A DNA stretch of 64,000 bases. It comes from an uncultured Phocaeicola sp. (GTDB taxonomy: Bacteria; Bacteroidota; Bacteroidia; Bacteroidales; Bacteroidaceae). The stretch covers positions 11,918 through 75,917 of the forward strand of contig CANPVZ010000011.1 of the NCBI GenBank assembly GCA_947581855.1, in the 5' to 3' direction. The position numbers were made by a program, and so were the translations under genes. The notes beneath the pieces are model-generated. The model did not search any database, was not told where the DNA came from, and worked only from the letters and a program-made list of their open reading frames with translations. Position 1 is the stretch's first letter. Each line of letters opens with the position of its first letter. Below, in pieces: positions 1 to 10,350 of the stretch.

Positions 1-527
1 TGGCTTCGGGGCATTTGCAGGGACGGATGTTGAAAATGTTCGTTCGTATGATTCGTCCCCGACAAGTATTGGAGATCGGTACGTATAGTGGATATTCTGC
101 CTTGTGTATGGCCGAAGGATTGGAAGAAGGGGCGATGCTTCATACGTTTGAAATAAATGATGAGCAGGAAGACTTTACACGTCCGTGGCTTGAACGTTCG
201 GTTTATGCCGACAAAATTAGGTTTTATATAGGTGATGCTTTGGAACTGGTTCCACAGATGGACATTTTGTTCGACATGGCCTTTATTGATGGCGATAAAC
301 GCAGATATACCGAATATTATGAGATGGTGTTAACCAAATTGGTTTCGGGAGGTTATATTATTGCGGATAATACGCTTTGGGATGGGCATGTGTTGGAAAC
401 GCCTCATCCTACCGACCGACAGACTCTTGGCATCAAAGCATTTAATGACTGGGTTGCGGCAGACACTCGCGTGGAAAAAGTGATTTTGCCTTTGCGTGAC
501 GGTTTGACGATAATAAGGAAAAAGTAA
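1..527 (+). CDS. O-methyltransferase (caffeoyl-CoA OMT/TrmR-like family), 5' end truncated by window edge
   Basis: SAM motif VLEIGTYSGYSA, FIDGDK and IADNTLW motifs; frame is open back to the window start. Confidence 0.88.
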   Translation, partial: ASGHLQGRMLKMFVRMIRPRQVLEIGTYSGYSALCMAEGLEEGAMLHTFEINDEQEDFTRPWLERSVYADKIRFYIGDALELVPQMDILFDMAFIDGDKRRYTEYYEMVLTKLVSGGYIIADNTLWDGHVLETPHPTDRQTLGIKAFNDWVAADTRVEKVILPLRDGLTIIRKK

Positions 528-584
528 ACCTTCCTTACCTTTGGAACAATCTGAGTAAAGTGATACTATTAAAAATAAAAAAGT

Positions 585-920
585 ATGGAAACAACGAGAC
601 AAAATAAGATTTCCCGTTTGATTCAAAAAGAATTAAGCGAAATATTTCTGCTTCAGACGAAAGCAATGAATGGTGTGCTGGTATCCGTCAGCGTAGTTCG
701 CATCAGTCCGGACTTAAGTGTGGCTCGTGTATATTTAAGCGTGTTCCCTTCGAACCGTAGTGAGGAGATTGTGAAAAATATCAATGCGAACATGAAAGCA
801 ATTCGTTACGAATTAGGCACGCGGGTACGTCATCAGTTACGAATCATTCCCGAACTGAAGTTTTTTGTGGATGATTCGCTGGATTATATCGAAAAGATAG
901 ACGAGCTTTTAAAAGAGTGA
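585..920 (+). CDS. rbfA: 30S ribosome-binding factor A
   Basis: METTRQNKI..., SPDLSVARVYLS, LRIIPELKFFVDDSLDY typical of Bacteroidetes RbfA. Confidence 0.96.
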   Translation: METTRQNKISRLIQKELSEIFLLQTKAMNGVLVSVSVVRISPDLSVARVYLSVFPSNRSEEIVKNINANMKAIRYELGTRVRHQLRIIPELKFFVDDSLDYIEKIDELLKE

Positions 921-2143
921 ACTTACCTTTTTACATAGCTAAACGATATCTGTTCTCGAAAAAGTCGCATAATGCGATTAATATCATTTCGGGGATCTCT
1001 GTATGCGGCGTAGCATTGGCTACGCTTGCTTTGGTTTGTACCCTCTCCGTATTCAACGGTTTTCAGGAGTTGGTAGCTACGTTCTTTACTGCTTTCGATC
1101 CTGAACTGAAAATTACGGTCGCAGAAGGGAAAGTCTTTGATGCGCACGATGAACGGATTGCCCGTGTGCGTGCTTTGCCCGGTATAGAGGTTTTTACCGA
1201 GGCATTGGAAGAAAATGCCATGTTTCAATATAAGGATAAGCAGGCGATGGTTGTGATTAAGGGGGTGGAAGATAATTTCGAAGACCTCACTGCCATCGAC
1301 AGCATTCTATATGGAAGAGGGGAATTTAAGTTGCACGATGAAGTGGTAAACTACGGAGTTATGGGCATGCAGCTGGTTTCTGTTTTAGGTTCGGGAATTG
1401 CATTTGTCGATCCGGTGGAAGTTTATGCGCCCAAGAGAGGCGAAAAAGTGAATATGGCTAATCCTTCCGGTAGTTTTACGAAAGACTATCTGTTTTCTCC
1501 GGGGGTAGTCTTTGCCGTTAACCAGCAGAAGTATGACGCTTCGTATGTAATTACTTCTCTTGATTTTGCACGAAGGCTGTTTGGATATGAAACAGAAGTG
1601 TCTTCCATAGAACTGAAACTGAAGCCGGGACAAGATGTAGAGAACGTGAAGAATGAGATAAAACAGATATTGGGAGATGACTTTATAGTTCTCGACCGCT
1701 ATGAGCAACAAGCGGATGTCTTTCGAATCATGGAAATAGAGAAACTTATTTCCTATTTCTTCCTCACCTTTATATTGGTGATAGCCTGTTTCAATGTCAT
1801 CGGTTCTTTGTCGATGTTGATTATTGATAAGAAACAGGACGTGCAAACTTTGCGCAATTTGGGAGCAAGCGACCGGCTGATTGTACGCATATTTTTGTTC
1901 GAAGGACGCCTGATTTCCTTATTAGGCGCTATGATCGGTATTGTATTAGGGCTGTTGCTTTGTTTCATTCAGCAAAAGTTCGGTATAATCTCCTTAGGTT
2001 CTGTAGCTGATAGTTTTATAGTCAATGCTTATCCGGTAAGTGTCCATTGGCAAGATGTGCTGCTGATATTTGTTACCGTACTGTTTGTAGGCTTTCTGGC
2101 TGTTTGGTATCCGGTGCGGTATCTGAGTAAGCGGTTGTTGTAA
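917..2143 (+). CDS. LolC/E-like FtsX-family ABC permease (lipoprotein release system)
   Basis: FYIAKRYLFSKK N-terminus, SVFNGF, one N-terminal TM plus three C-terminal TMs, LRNLGA motif. Confidence 0.85.
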   Translation: MNLPFYIAKRYLFSKKSHNAINIISGISVCGVALATLALVCTLSVFNGFQELVATFFTAFDPELKITVAEGKVFDAHDERIARVRALPGIEVFTEALEENAMFQYKDKQAMVVIKGVEDNFEDLTAIDSILYGRGEFKLHDEVVNYGVMGMQLVSVLGSGIAFVDPVEVYAPKRGEKVNMANPSGSFTKDYLFSPGVVFAVNQQKYDASYVITSLDFARRLFGYETEVSSIELKLKPGQDVENVKNEIKQILGDDFIVLDRYEQQADVFRIMEIEKLISYFFLTFILVIACFNVIGSLSMLIIDKKQDVQTLRNLGASDRLIVRIFLFEGRLISLLGAMIGIVLGLLLCFIQQKFGIISLGSVADSFIVNAYPVSVHWQDVLLIFVTVLFVGFLAVWYPVRYLSKRLL

Positions 2144-2157
2144 TATGTTATAAACAG

Positions 2158-2192
2158 TGTTTGAAAACGTACAGGGTGTTCGATATCGGACA
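2158..2192. promoter_or_regulatory. Two tandem palindromic boxes, candidate enhancer sites for the NtrC-family regulator
   Basis: TGTTTG-AAAA-CGTACA (2158-2173) and TGTTCG-ATAT-CGGACA (2177-2192) upstream of a sigma54 promoter; the second also overlaps a hairpin plus T-tract (2173-2202). Confidence 0.55.
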
Positions 2193-2236
2193 CCCTTTTT
2201 TTGTTCATTCTTCATTAAATCAGATACTTATGATTT

Positions 2237-2251
2237 TGGCACATATCTTGC
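2237..2251 (+). promoter_or_regulatory. sigma54 (-24/-12) promoter of efflux operon
   Basis: TGGCAC-ATATC-TTGC with exact GG-N10-GC spacing, 35 bp upstream of the ATG at 2286; a sigma54 activator is encoded at the end of the operon. Confidence 0.75.
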
Positions 2252-2285
2252 TTTGTTTTCGGTAAACATAAGTAAGTGAACAATC

Positions 2286-3533
2286 ATGGACAGGTTAATT
2301 CCTATAGAAGAACAGCAAAAGAAACGCCGGAAAAGGTTGATTATAGTAGGAGGAAGCGTACTTCTTTTTTTCCTCCTGATTGTTTGGGGGATTTTTCTTT
2401 TGAAACCCTCCGTATCGCGGAATAATTTGCAGATTTCTACGGTAGAGCGAGGTGTGCTTGAAATTTCAATTAATGCGTCGGGTACGGTAACGCCGGCCTA
2501 TGAGGAGATTGTCAACTCGCCGATAGAAAGCCGTATTCTGGAGGTTTATAAAAAAGCGGGCGATTCGGTAGATGTGAACCAGCCTATTTTAAAGTTGGAT
2601 TTGCAGACCGCCCGTACGGATTTGGATAAATTGCTGGATGAAGAACAGATGCGCCTTCATAAACAAAAGCAGTTGGAGTTGAACAATCAGACCAAGTTGA
2701 AAGATCTTTCTATGCAAATACGGGTTTCGGCCATGAAACTCAACCGTATGGAGGTGGAATGGAAAAACGAACATTTTCTGGATAGCTTGGGAGCCGGTAC
2801 GCCGGATAAAGTGCGTCAGGCGGAACTGAACTATAAGGTTGCCAAGTTGGAACACGAGCAACTTTGCCAGAAATATCAAAACGAACAAGTGGTGATGCGT
2901 GCCGAAGAACAGGTGCAGGAGCTCGACCTTAGTATCTTTCGTAAAGGCGTGGCTGAGATGAAACGCATTCTTCAGGAAGCACAGGTGTATGCCCCGCGAA
3001 AAGGAGTGATTACTTTCTTGAACGACCAAATTGGTGTGCGGGTTTCAAAGGGAGAACAACTGGTTACTGTGGCCGATTTGAGTCGTTATCAAGTGAAAGC
3101 TTCCGTTGCCGATTCATACAGCGACCGGGTGAGGCAAGGAGCCAAAGCAATAGTGAAAACTGGAGAGACTACGGCTTGGGAAGGCGTTGTGAATCATGTG
3201 ATACCTACCTCGAAAGACGGAACGATTGATTTTACCGTACAGCTGAAAAAGGTGCAGGATGTGGCGTTACGTTCAGGATTGAAGGTAGACGTACACGTTG
3301 TCTACGGATTGAAAGACGATGTGCTGAGAATTGCCAATGAATCTTATTATTTAGGTCCAGGGACATATAAGCTTTTTGTCGTGTCGGAGGGACACCTCGA
3401 ACGCAGGGACGTAAAATTGGGCGATTGCAACTGGGATCATGTGGAAGTGGTGTCCGGCTTGTACGAAGGAGAACAAGTGGTGGTGAGTGATATGAATACC
3501 TATAAGAACAAGAAAGAAATTAATTTAAAATAA
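2286..3533 (+). CDS. Efflux periplasmic adaptor subunit (HlyD/MacA-like)
   Basis: N-terminal TM, lipoyl halves (SPIESRILEVYKKAGDSV; APRKGVI), coiled coil, C-terminal VEVVSGLYEGEQVV. Confidence 0.88.
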   Translation: MDRLIPIEEQQKKRRKRLIIVGGSVLLFFLLIVWGIFLLKPSVSRNNLQISTVERGVLEISINASGTVTPAYEEIVNSPIESRILEVYKKAGDSVDVNQPILKLDLQTARTDLDKLLDEEQMRLHKQKQLELNNQTKLKDLSMQIRVSAMKLNRMEVEWKNEHFLDSLGAGTPDKVRQAELNYKVAKLEHEQLCQKYQNEQVVMRAEEQVQELDLSIFRKGVAEMKRILQEAQVYAPRKGVITFLNDQIGVRVSKGEQLVTVADLSRYQVKASVADSYSDRVRQGAKAIVKTGETTAWEGVVNHVIPTSKDGTIDFTVQLKKVQDVALRSGLKVDVHVVYGLKDDVLRIANESYYLGPGTYKLFVVSEGHLERRDVKLGDCNWDHVEVVSGLYEGEQVVVSDMNTYKNKKEINLK

Positions 3534-3552
3534 ATCTAATTCAGTAGAAACG

Positions 3553-4218
3553 ATGATAAACATAAGTAATTTATCGAAAGTATACCGCACGGACGAAGTA
3601 GAGACCGTAGCGTTAGAGAATGTAAGCTTGGATATAGCCGAAGGGGAATTCGTGAGCATTATGGGACCTTCCGGTTGCGGAAAATCCACTTTGCTAAATT
3701 TAGTGGGACTATTGGATATACCGACAAACGGGAGTATAGAGATTGCCGGACAATTTACCGGCGGAATGAAAGATAAGCAACTTGCTCAGTTCCGTAATCA
3801 GATGCTAGGTTTTGTGTTCCAGAGTTTCCATTTGATACCCTCGCTGAATGTGCTTGATAATGTAGAGTTACCGCTTTTTTATCGTCATGTATCATCAAAA
3901 GAGCGTAGGCGTCAGGCTCAAGAGGTTCTTTCGCGCGTGGGGTTGAGCCATCGTATGAAACATTATCCCAGTCAGCTTTCCGGCGGACAGTGTCAGCGTG
4001 TGGCCATAGCGCGTGCTATTATCGGCAATCCGAAGATTATACTAGCCGATGAACCCACTGGTAATCTGGATTCGAATATGGGAGCGGAGGTAATGAACAT
4101 ACTCCATCAGTTAAATAAAGAAGATAACCGGACAATTGTGATGGTGACCCATAACGAGGAGCAAGCACGGCAAACTTCACGTATTATCCGCTTCTTCGAT
4201 GGACGTCAGATCAATTAA
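3553..4218 (+). CDS. ABC transporter ATP-binding protein (MacB/LolD-like)
   Basis: Walker A GPSGCGKS, signature LSGGQ, Walker B ILADEPTGNLD. Confidence 0.95.
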   Translation: MINISNLSKVYRTDEVETVALENVSLDIAEGEFVSIMGPSGCGKSTLLNLVGLLDIPTNGSIEIAGQFTGGMKDKQLAQFRNQMLGFVFQSFHLIPSLNVLDNVELPLFYRHVSSKERRRQAQEVLSRVGLSHRMKHYPSQLSGGQCQRVAIARAIIGNPKIILADEPTGNLDSNMGAEVMNILHQLNKEDNRTIVMVTHNEEQARQTSRIIRFFDGRQIN

Positions 4219-4425
4219 ATGAAAAGATTTAAGCGCAGGTAAACACGGTTCCTCGCACATCTGTTTTCTTTGTTTTACCGCCGATGGTTCCGGCTACACG
4301 TTTTTTTAAGTGTAAATGTGCAAGTAAAGAACGGTTATCTGCATAAAACAGTGATAAAAAGAAATATTTGCGTAGATCTGTAGTCGGATTGGGTATAGCC
4401 GTTTCGTTTTTAATTATTAATAAGT

Positions 4426-5766
4426 ATGTGGAAGGTATATATAAAACAAATCAGATATCAGCTGAAGGAAAATAAGTTTTTCAGCATGGTGTATATTCTA
4501 GGCACGGCCCTGAGTATCACGATGGTGATGATTATTCTGATGGCGTACCATGTAAAGACGGGTAACATCGGAGTTGAGGATAAACGTGACAGAATGCTTT
4601 TTGTAAAGAATGGATATATAGTAAGAGCAGAGAGAGATTTAGCAGAAAATCTTTCTGAAAGCTCGATGATAGGCAGCTCTTTTTTAAGTGCCAAATTGGT
4701 AGAGAATTATTTTTATTCGCTTAAAACTCCTGAAGCCGTTTCACTTGTGGGAAAGTCACAGGATATTGTGTATAACCAGCAGGCTCGGAGATATGAGCGA
4801 TTATCTGCTACTGTAACTGATGCTGCTTTTTGGAAAATGTACTCCTTGAATTTTATTGCTGGACGTCCGTTTAATGAGAGTGAGGTAAAAGGACGCGTAC
4901 AGCAGGTTGTGTTAGATGAAAGTACGGCACGCAGACTATTTGGAAAGACGGATGTTGTAGGTTATCCGGTATCCATTAACTGGAAAGAGTATAAGGTGTG
5001 TGGGGTAGTGAAGGACATACCCTCTTATCAAATCGATGTTTTCTCTCATATATGGTATCCTTATTCTACTTCGGAATATAGAAAAAACACTAGGAGTATT
5101 AATGGAGCAAAACTTCTGGGTCCGATGTGGATGTTCATATTGCAGCGTCACACAGACGACCGGAATGCTATAAAGCAGGAAATAGAACATCAGTTGTATA
5201 TGGTGAATACAAAAGAAAGAAAACAGCTGGATAAATCGTGGATCAGTCAGGATGTCTCTTTCGGTTCACAACCCTACACAGCTTTGGAGTCTTTTTTAGG
5301 AACTTCGCCAACTACGTCGGTTCAAGATAAAATCAATATTATTTTATTGATTTTAGGTATATTATTATTAGTTCCAGCCTTGAATTTATCGGGTCTGATT
5401 GTAACGCGTATGCGGAAACGTTGTGAGGAAATTGGCATACGTAAAACTTTTGGAGCATCCTCTGTTAGTCTGACTTTACAAATCCTTTTAGAGAATTTTA
5501 TTCAAATGCTGATAGGGGGAGGACTTGGGTTATGTATGTCGTTTGGTTTATTTCAGATAATGCGCAGAATATTCTTTTATGAAGATGATTTTTATATTAC
5601 TTCGAGCCATGATATCATGTCACAGATTGAATTCTGGCATATTGTGAATCCAATGACAGTATTGTATGTAATTACAATTTGTTTTTTGTTAAATCTAGTT
5701 TCTACATTGATTCCTGCGTGGCGTTATAGCCGTATGCCCATTGTAGAAGCTTTAAATAAGAAGTAG
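4426..5766 (+). CDS. ABC transporter permease (MacB/FtsX-like)
   Basis: N-terminal TM, periplasmic domain (GRPF...VVLDESTARRLFG), EIGIRKTFGA motif, C-terminal TMs. Confidence 0.88.
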   Translation: MWKVYIKQIRYQLKENKFFSMVYILGTALSITMVMIILMAYHVKTGNIGVEDKRDRMLFVKNGYIVRAERDLAENLSESSMIGSSFLSAKLVENYFYSLKTPEAVSLVGKSQDIVYNQQARRYERLSATVTDAAFWKMYSLNFIAGRPFNESEVKGRVQQVVLDESTARRLFGKTDVVGYPVSINWKEYKVCGVVKDIPSYQIDVFSHIWYPYSTSEYRKNTRSINGAKLLGPMWMFILQRHTDDRNAIKQEIEHQLYMVNTKERKQLDKSWISQDVSFGSQPYTALESFLGTSPTTSVQDKINIILLILGILLLVPALNLSGLIVTRMRKRCEEIGIRKTFGASSVSLTLQILLENFIQMLIGGGLGLCMSFGLFQIMRRIFFYEDDFYITSSHDIMSQIEFWHIVNPMTVLYVITICFLLNLVSTLIPAWRYSRMPIVEALNKK

Positions 5767-5771
5767 AGCGT

Positions 5772-7007
5772 ATGATATCTCATCTTTTTAAGTTAATAGT
5801 CAACCAGTGGAGAAGTAACATATGGCTTATGGCTGAATTGTTTATTTCATTTGTGTGCATATGGATGATAAGCGATGCTTTTGTTCTTTTACTCGACCGA
5901 AGTTTTAAGGAAAGAGGCTTTGATATTGAACACACTTATATGGTTTCGAATTCAAGGAAATCGAAGGAATCCCCTGATTATGATCCGAATTCGGGGCAAC
6001 AGGACGAAGCTAGAGAATTGGCGGAGCGGATACGTCATTATCCGGGGGTCGAGGTTGTGGGGTTCGGCACTGCGTTCCCTTATAGGACAGGTTACAGTGC
6101 TTTTCAATTTTACCGGGATACCTTATCCATGAATGGTGTTTACTATGGGTATATGACACCGGAGTTTTTTTCGGTGTTTAACTATAAACCGGTAGACGAA
6201 AACATATATCTGGAAGAAGAAGTAAAAAATGGACATTGGCTGGCCTCAAGAACTGTAATGGAAAAGTTGCTGGGAAAAGGTGTTTTGAAAGGACGCCTCC
6301 ATTATGGTATGAAAGATATTTATGATATGGAGGGTGTCTGTGTAATGACCACTGCTAATTTTGCGCGTTGTGAGTATTTGGAAGAACCGGATTTTGTTTG
6401 GATCACACTATCGGAAAAACAGTACCTGAACTCTTATGGTGATGAGTGGAATATGTTTTTTAGAGTTGCGCCTCAGGCCGACCATGATTTTAGGGACAAG
6501 TTTCTAGCATCAATGAGACCGCGTCTTATTGCTGGGAATAGTATGATAACGGATATAGTTCCGATGGAGACTCATCGGAATCAGGTTTTAAGATTGTTAG
6601 GATTTGATATGTATTATAGTATAGTTTACTTTTTAGCAGCTTTCTTTTTACTTTGTACATTTCTGGGAGTAATTGGTACATTTTGGTTTCGTACGGAGGC
6701 ACGCACTTCGGAAATAGGATTGCGTATGGCATTGGGTTCAACAAGAAAAAAGGTACGGCAGTTGATGATTGGTGAAGGGTTAGCCTTGTTTGGCTTGATT
6801 TGGATTCCGGGTATGGTTATTGCTTATTTGCTTCGGGGTGTTGTTAATATTTTCGATTATACCTTGCCTCTGCCTGATGGGTTGTATTTTCTTTTCATAT
6901 CTATTTTCGCTACTTTATTAATGTCGCTTTTGATTATTGCCGGAACGTGGTATCCTGCAAGACAAGCTTCACGTATTAATCCGGTGGATGCGTTGCATTA
7001 TGAATAA
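5772..7007 (+). CDS. ABC transporter permease (MacB/FtsX-like)
   Basis: EIGLRMALGS motif, C-terminal PARQASRINPVDALHYE. Confidence 0.88.
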   Translation: MISHLFKLIVNQWRSNIWLMAELFISFVCIWMISDAFVLLLDRSFKERGFDIEHTYMVSNSRKSKESPDYDPNSGQQDEARELAERIRHYPGVEVVGFGTAFPYRTGYSAFQFYRDTLSMNGVYYGYMTPEFFSVFNYKPVDENIYLEEEVKNGHWLASRTVMEKLLGKGVLKGRLHYGMKDIYDMEGVCVMTTANFARCEYLEEPDFVWITLSEKQYLNSYGDEWNMFFRVAPQADHDFRDKFLASMRPRLIAGNSMITDIVPMETHRNQVLRLLGFDMYYSIVYFLAAFFLLCTFLGVIGTFWFRTEARTSEIGLRMALGSTRKKVRQLMIGEGLALFGLIWIPGMVIAYLLRGVVNIFDYTLPLPDGLYFLFISIFATLLMSLLIIAGTWYPARQASRINPVDALHYE

Positions 7008-7134
7008 TACCTCAGATAATCCTTTTTATGGTGAGTCTGAATACTTTGCGGACAAATAGTCATATAGAACTCTCGGGGTGAGCGGTCAGTATTTTAAAGA
7101 AATTATTCTTTTAGTTTAAGAACGAAAGAGATTA

Positions 7135-8655
7135 ATGAATAAGATGAAACGAATAGATGAAAAATTGAAAATGAAGTACCTTTGCTTGGTAATCTGCCTG
7201 GGATGGGGAGCGGTATTACCTGGTTTTAGCCAACGTATGCTTTCGCTTGAGGAGGCTATAGCTTTGGCACGGCGGCAGAGTGTGGAAGCAGCGGTCGCTC
7301 TGAATGAGCTGAAAGCGGCTTATTGGGAGTATCATACATATCGGGCGGATTTGTTGCCCGAAGTATCGTTTACCGGAACATTGCCCGCTTATAACAAGAT
7401 TTATAATCGTTACCAGCAAAGCGACGGATCGTATACATTTGTCAAGAATAATAATATGGGATTGGACGGAGCATTCTCTATCGACCAGAATGTATGGCTC
7501 ACAGGGGGAAAGCTTTCGCTTACCACTTCTCTTTCGTATATCCGGCAGTTGGATGACGACAAGCAACAGCAATTTATGAATATTCCGCTTTCCGTCACCT
7601 TTACACAGCCTCTTTTCGGGGTAAACAGCCTGAAGTGGCAGAGACGGATTGCTCCGGTGCGTTACCGGGAGGCAAAAGCAGCGTTCCTTTCGGCTACCGA
7701 AGAAGTGACTATGAAGACTTTGACGTATTTCTTCCAGTTGTTGCTGGCGAAGGAGCAGTTGTATATAGCTAGGCAAAATCTGCAGAATACGGAAAAGCTT
7801 TATACCATTGCCGATTCAAGACGTTCCATTGGACAGATTTCGCAAAACGACTGGTTACAGCTTCGTCTTTCTGTACTGAAGGCAAAAGCGGCATTAACTG
7901 ATAATGAAAGTAATCTGAAAGCCAAGATGTTTCAACTCCGTGCTTTTTTAGGCTTAGGTGAGCGGGAGGAGATAGAACCGGTGCTTCCGGAGTCAGTCCC
8001 GTATGTTGATATCACGTATCCTGATGTATTAGAGAAAGCTCTGGAGAATCATTCGTTTTCGCAAAATATACGTCGTCGGCAATTAGAGGCGGATTATGCG
8101 GTGGCGGAAGCCAAGGGTAACCTCCGTAAAGTTGATTTATATGCTTCATTAGGATTGAGCGGGCAAGACAATGCGTTTCGGAATGTATATCACTCTTCGC
8201 AATGGGGCAATAATCAGATGGTAGAAGTGGGAGTGAAGATTCCTATTCTGGACTGGGGCAAGCGTCGCGGCAAAGTGCGGGTAGCGGAAAGCGAAAGGGA
8301 AACGGTACGTGCCAAGATTCGGCAAGAACAGATGGATTTTAACCAAGATATATTTCTCTTAGTGGAACATTTTAATAATCAGGCGGCACAGTTGAGTATT
8401 GCCAACGAAGCCGACTCAATAGCACGGAAGCGTTACAATGCGAATGTGCAGGCCTTTATGATCGGGCAGATCAGTATGCTCGATCTGAATGATGCCCAAT
8501 CGTCGAAAGATGAGGCACGGCAGACACGTATTTCCGAACTGTACAATTATTGGTATTATCTTTACCAGATTCGTAGTCTGACTTTATGGGATTACGAACG
8601 AAACCGCGAATTATCGGAAGATTTCGAACGGGTGATTCGGTCGAAAGGGCAGTGA
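7135..8655 (+). CDS. TolC-family outer membrane efflux protein
   Basis: Signal peptide, LSLEEAIALA start, IPILDWG motif; true start may be the Met at 7171. Confidence 0.88.
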   Translation: MNKMKRIDEKLKMKYLCLVICLGWGAVLPGFSQRMLSLEEAIALARRQSVEAAVALNELKAAYWEYHTYRADLLPEVSFTGTLPAYNKIYNRYQQSDGSYTFVKNNNMGLDGAFSIDQNVWLTGGKLSLTTSLSYIRQLDDDKQQQFMNIPLSVTFTQPLFGVNSLKWQRRIAPVRYREAKAAFLSATEEVTMKTLTYFFQLLLAKEQLYIARQNLQNTEKLYTIADSRRSIGQISQNDWLQLRLSVLKAKAALTDNESNLKAKMFQLRAFLGLGEREEIEPVLPESVPYVDITYPDVLEKALENHSFSQNIRRRQLEADYAVAEAKGNLRKVDLYASLGLSGQDNAFRNVYHSSQWGNNQMVEVGVKIPILDWGKRRGKVRVAESERETVRAKIRQEQMDFNQDIFLLVEHFNNQAAQLSIANEADSIARKRYNANVQAFMIGQISMLDLNDAQSSKDEARQTRISELYNYWYYLYQIRSLTLWDYERNRELSEDFERVIRSKGQ

Positions 8656-8977
8656 GGCGATGGTAGTGCAGCGAAGTGGATAACTGAGTCTTTCCGGTTC
8701 TGATTCTTGTGATTACTCTTCCATTTGATTGAAGGGTGAAATCTATTCCCGTTTATATTTTGGAAAACGTGAGTTTTGGGTATGAACATGTTCGATTTGA
8801 CTTTTCTCAGTAGAATAGAAGAAAAACTGTCATGACATGCCTTGGCGAGGCAGGTGCTCGGAAACTTTCTTTTTTGCTGAATAGAAGAATAACCGTTTTT
8901 GTTGTATATTTACCACTCTGTTCTGGAGTGCGGCCAGAAATGCAGCGTGTTTGGTAACCATAGATTTGAATAAATAA

Positions 8978-10339
8978 ATGGAAACGAAAAGTAAAATACT
9001 TGTCATTGATGATGATAGTTCCATCCGTTCTTCGCTTGGCTTTTTGCTGAAGCGGGCAGGCTACGAGGTGGAAACAGTACCCGGTCCGAAGGAGGCTTTG
9101 CAGATAGTTCGCACTTCTTCCCCCGATTTAATATTAATGGACATGAATTTCTCTCTTTCTACTACAGGTGAAGAGGGATTGGTGTTGCTTCGGCAGGTGA
9201 AAATTTTCTGTCCGCATGTGCCGGTAGTGTTGATTACCGCTTGGGGAAGCATCCAGCTTGCGGTACAAGGCATGCAAGCCGGAGCTTTTGATTTTGTAAC
9301 CAAACCGTGGAATAATATGGCTTTGCTGAAAACCATACGGACAGCTATTGAATTAAATCGTCCGGAGAATAAGCATACCGGTGCGGACGATACCGACGTT
9401 CATTTTGAAAAAATTATCGGTCGTTCGAAGGCTTTGCGGGATGTGCTGCAAGTTGTGAGCCGTATAGCGCGCACCAATGCTTCAGTGCTGATTACAGGAG
9501 AAAGCGGAACGGGTAAAGAACTGATAGCCGAGGCTATTCACCGGAACAGTCCGCGTAGCTGTTCGCCTTTCGTGAAGGTTAATCTGGGCGGCATTTCGCA
9601 AAGTTTGTTCGAAAGTGAAATGTTTGGTCATAAGAAGGGAGCTTTTACGGATGCCTTTACTGATCGGGTCGGTCGTTTTGAAATGGCAGACAAAGGAACC
9701 ATCTTTCTGGATGAAATAGGCGAACTGGATTTGTCGTGCCAAGTGAAGCTGTTGCGGGTATTGCAAGACCAAACCTTCGAAGTGCTCGGCGATAGTCGTC
9801 CGCGTAAGGTGGATGTACGCATCGTGAGCGCTACCAATCGCGATTTGGCTCAGATGGTAGGTGAACATACTTTTCGAGAAGACCTGTTTTACCGTATCAA
9901 TCTGATTACCATACACCTGCCTGCCTTACGCGAGCGGCGTGAAGATATTCCTTTACTGGTGAAACATTTTGTACGCATGCAAGCAGAGCAGAACGGGATA
10001 CCTGTGACGGAGGTCTCTTCCGAAGCAATGGATTATTTGCAGCATTTGCCCTATCCGGGAAATATCCGGGAATTGAAGAATTTAGTAGAACGTACATTGC
10101 TGGTTTCTTCTAACCCGTTGCTTACTCCGGCCGATTTCGAGGCGAATTATCATCCGGCAGCACTTTCGTCGGTAGCCTCTGCTGTTCCATCGGGACTAAC
10201 ATTGGAAGAAATGGAGAAACAAACCATTCTACAGGCGCTTCGACAACATGGGAATAATGTTTCTCAGGCGGCTTTGCAGTTAGGATTGAGCCGGGCAGCG
10301 CTATATCGGCGTATGGAGAAGTATCGTATTCAAATTTAA
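8978..10339 (+). CDS. sigma54-dependent NtrC/Fis-family response regulator
   Basis: Receiver domain, AAA+ GESGTGKE, GAFTDA loop, FLDEIGE, PGNIREL, Fis HTH (AALQLGLSRAALYRRM). Confidence 0.94.
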   Translation: METKSKILVIDDDSSIRSSLGFLLKRAGYEVETVPGPKEALQIVRTSSPDLILMDMNFSLSTTGEEGLVLLRQVKIFCPHVPVVLITAWGSIQLAVQGMQAGAFDFVTKPWNNMALLKTIRTAIELNRPENKHTGADDTDVHFEKIIGRSKALRDVLQVVSRIARTNASVLITGESGTGKELIAEAIHRNSPRSCSPFVKVNLGGISQSLFESEMFGHKKGAFTDAFTDRVGRFEMADKGTIFLDEIGELDLSCQVKLLRVLQDQTFEVLGDSRPRKVDVRIVSATNRDLAQMVGEHTFREDLFYRINLITIHLPALRERREDIPLLVKHFVRMQAEQNGIPVTEVSSEAMDYLQHLPYPGNIRELKNLVERTLLVSSNPLLTPADFEANYHPAALSSVASAVPSGLTLEEMEKQTILQALRQHGNNVSQAALQLGLSRAALYRRMEKYRIQI

Positions 10340-10350
10340 AAAGGAAGTCT

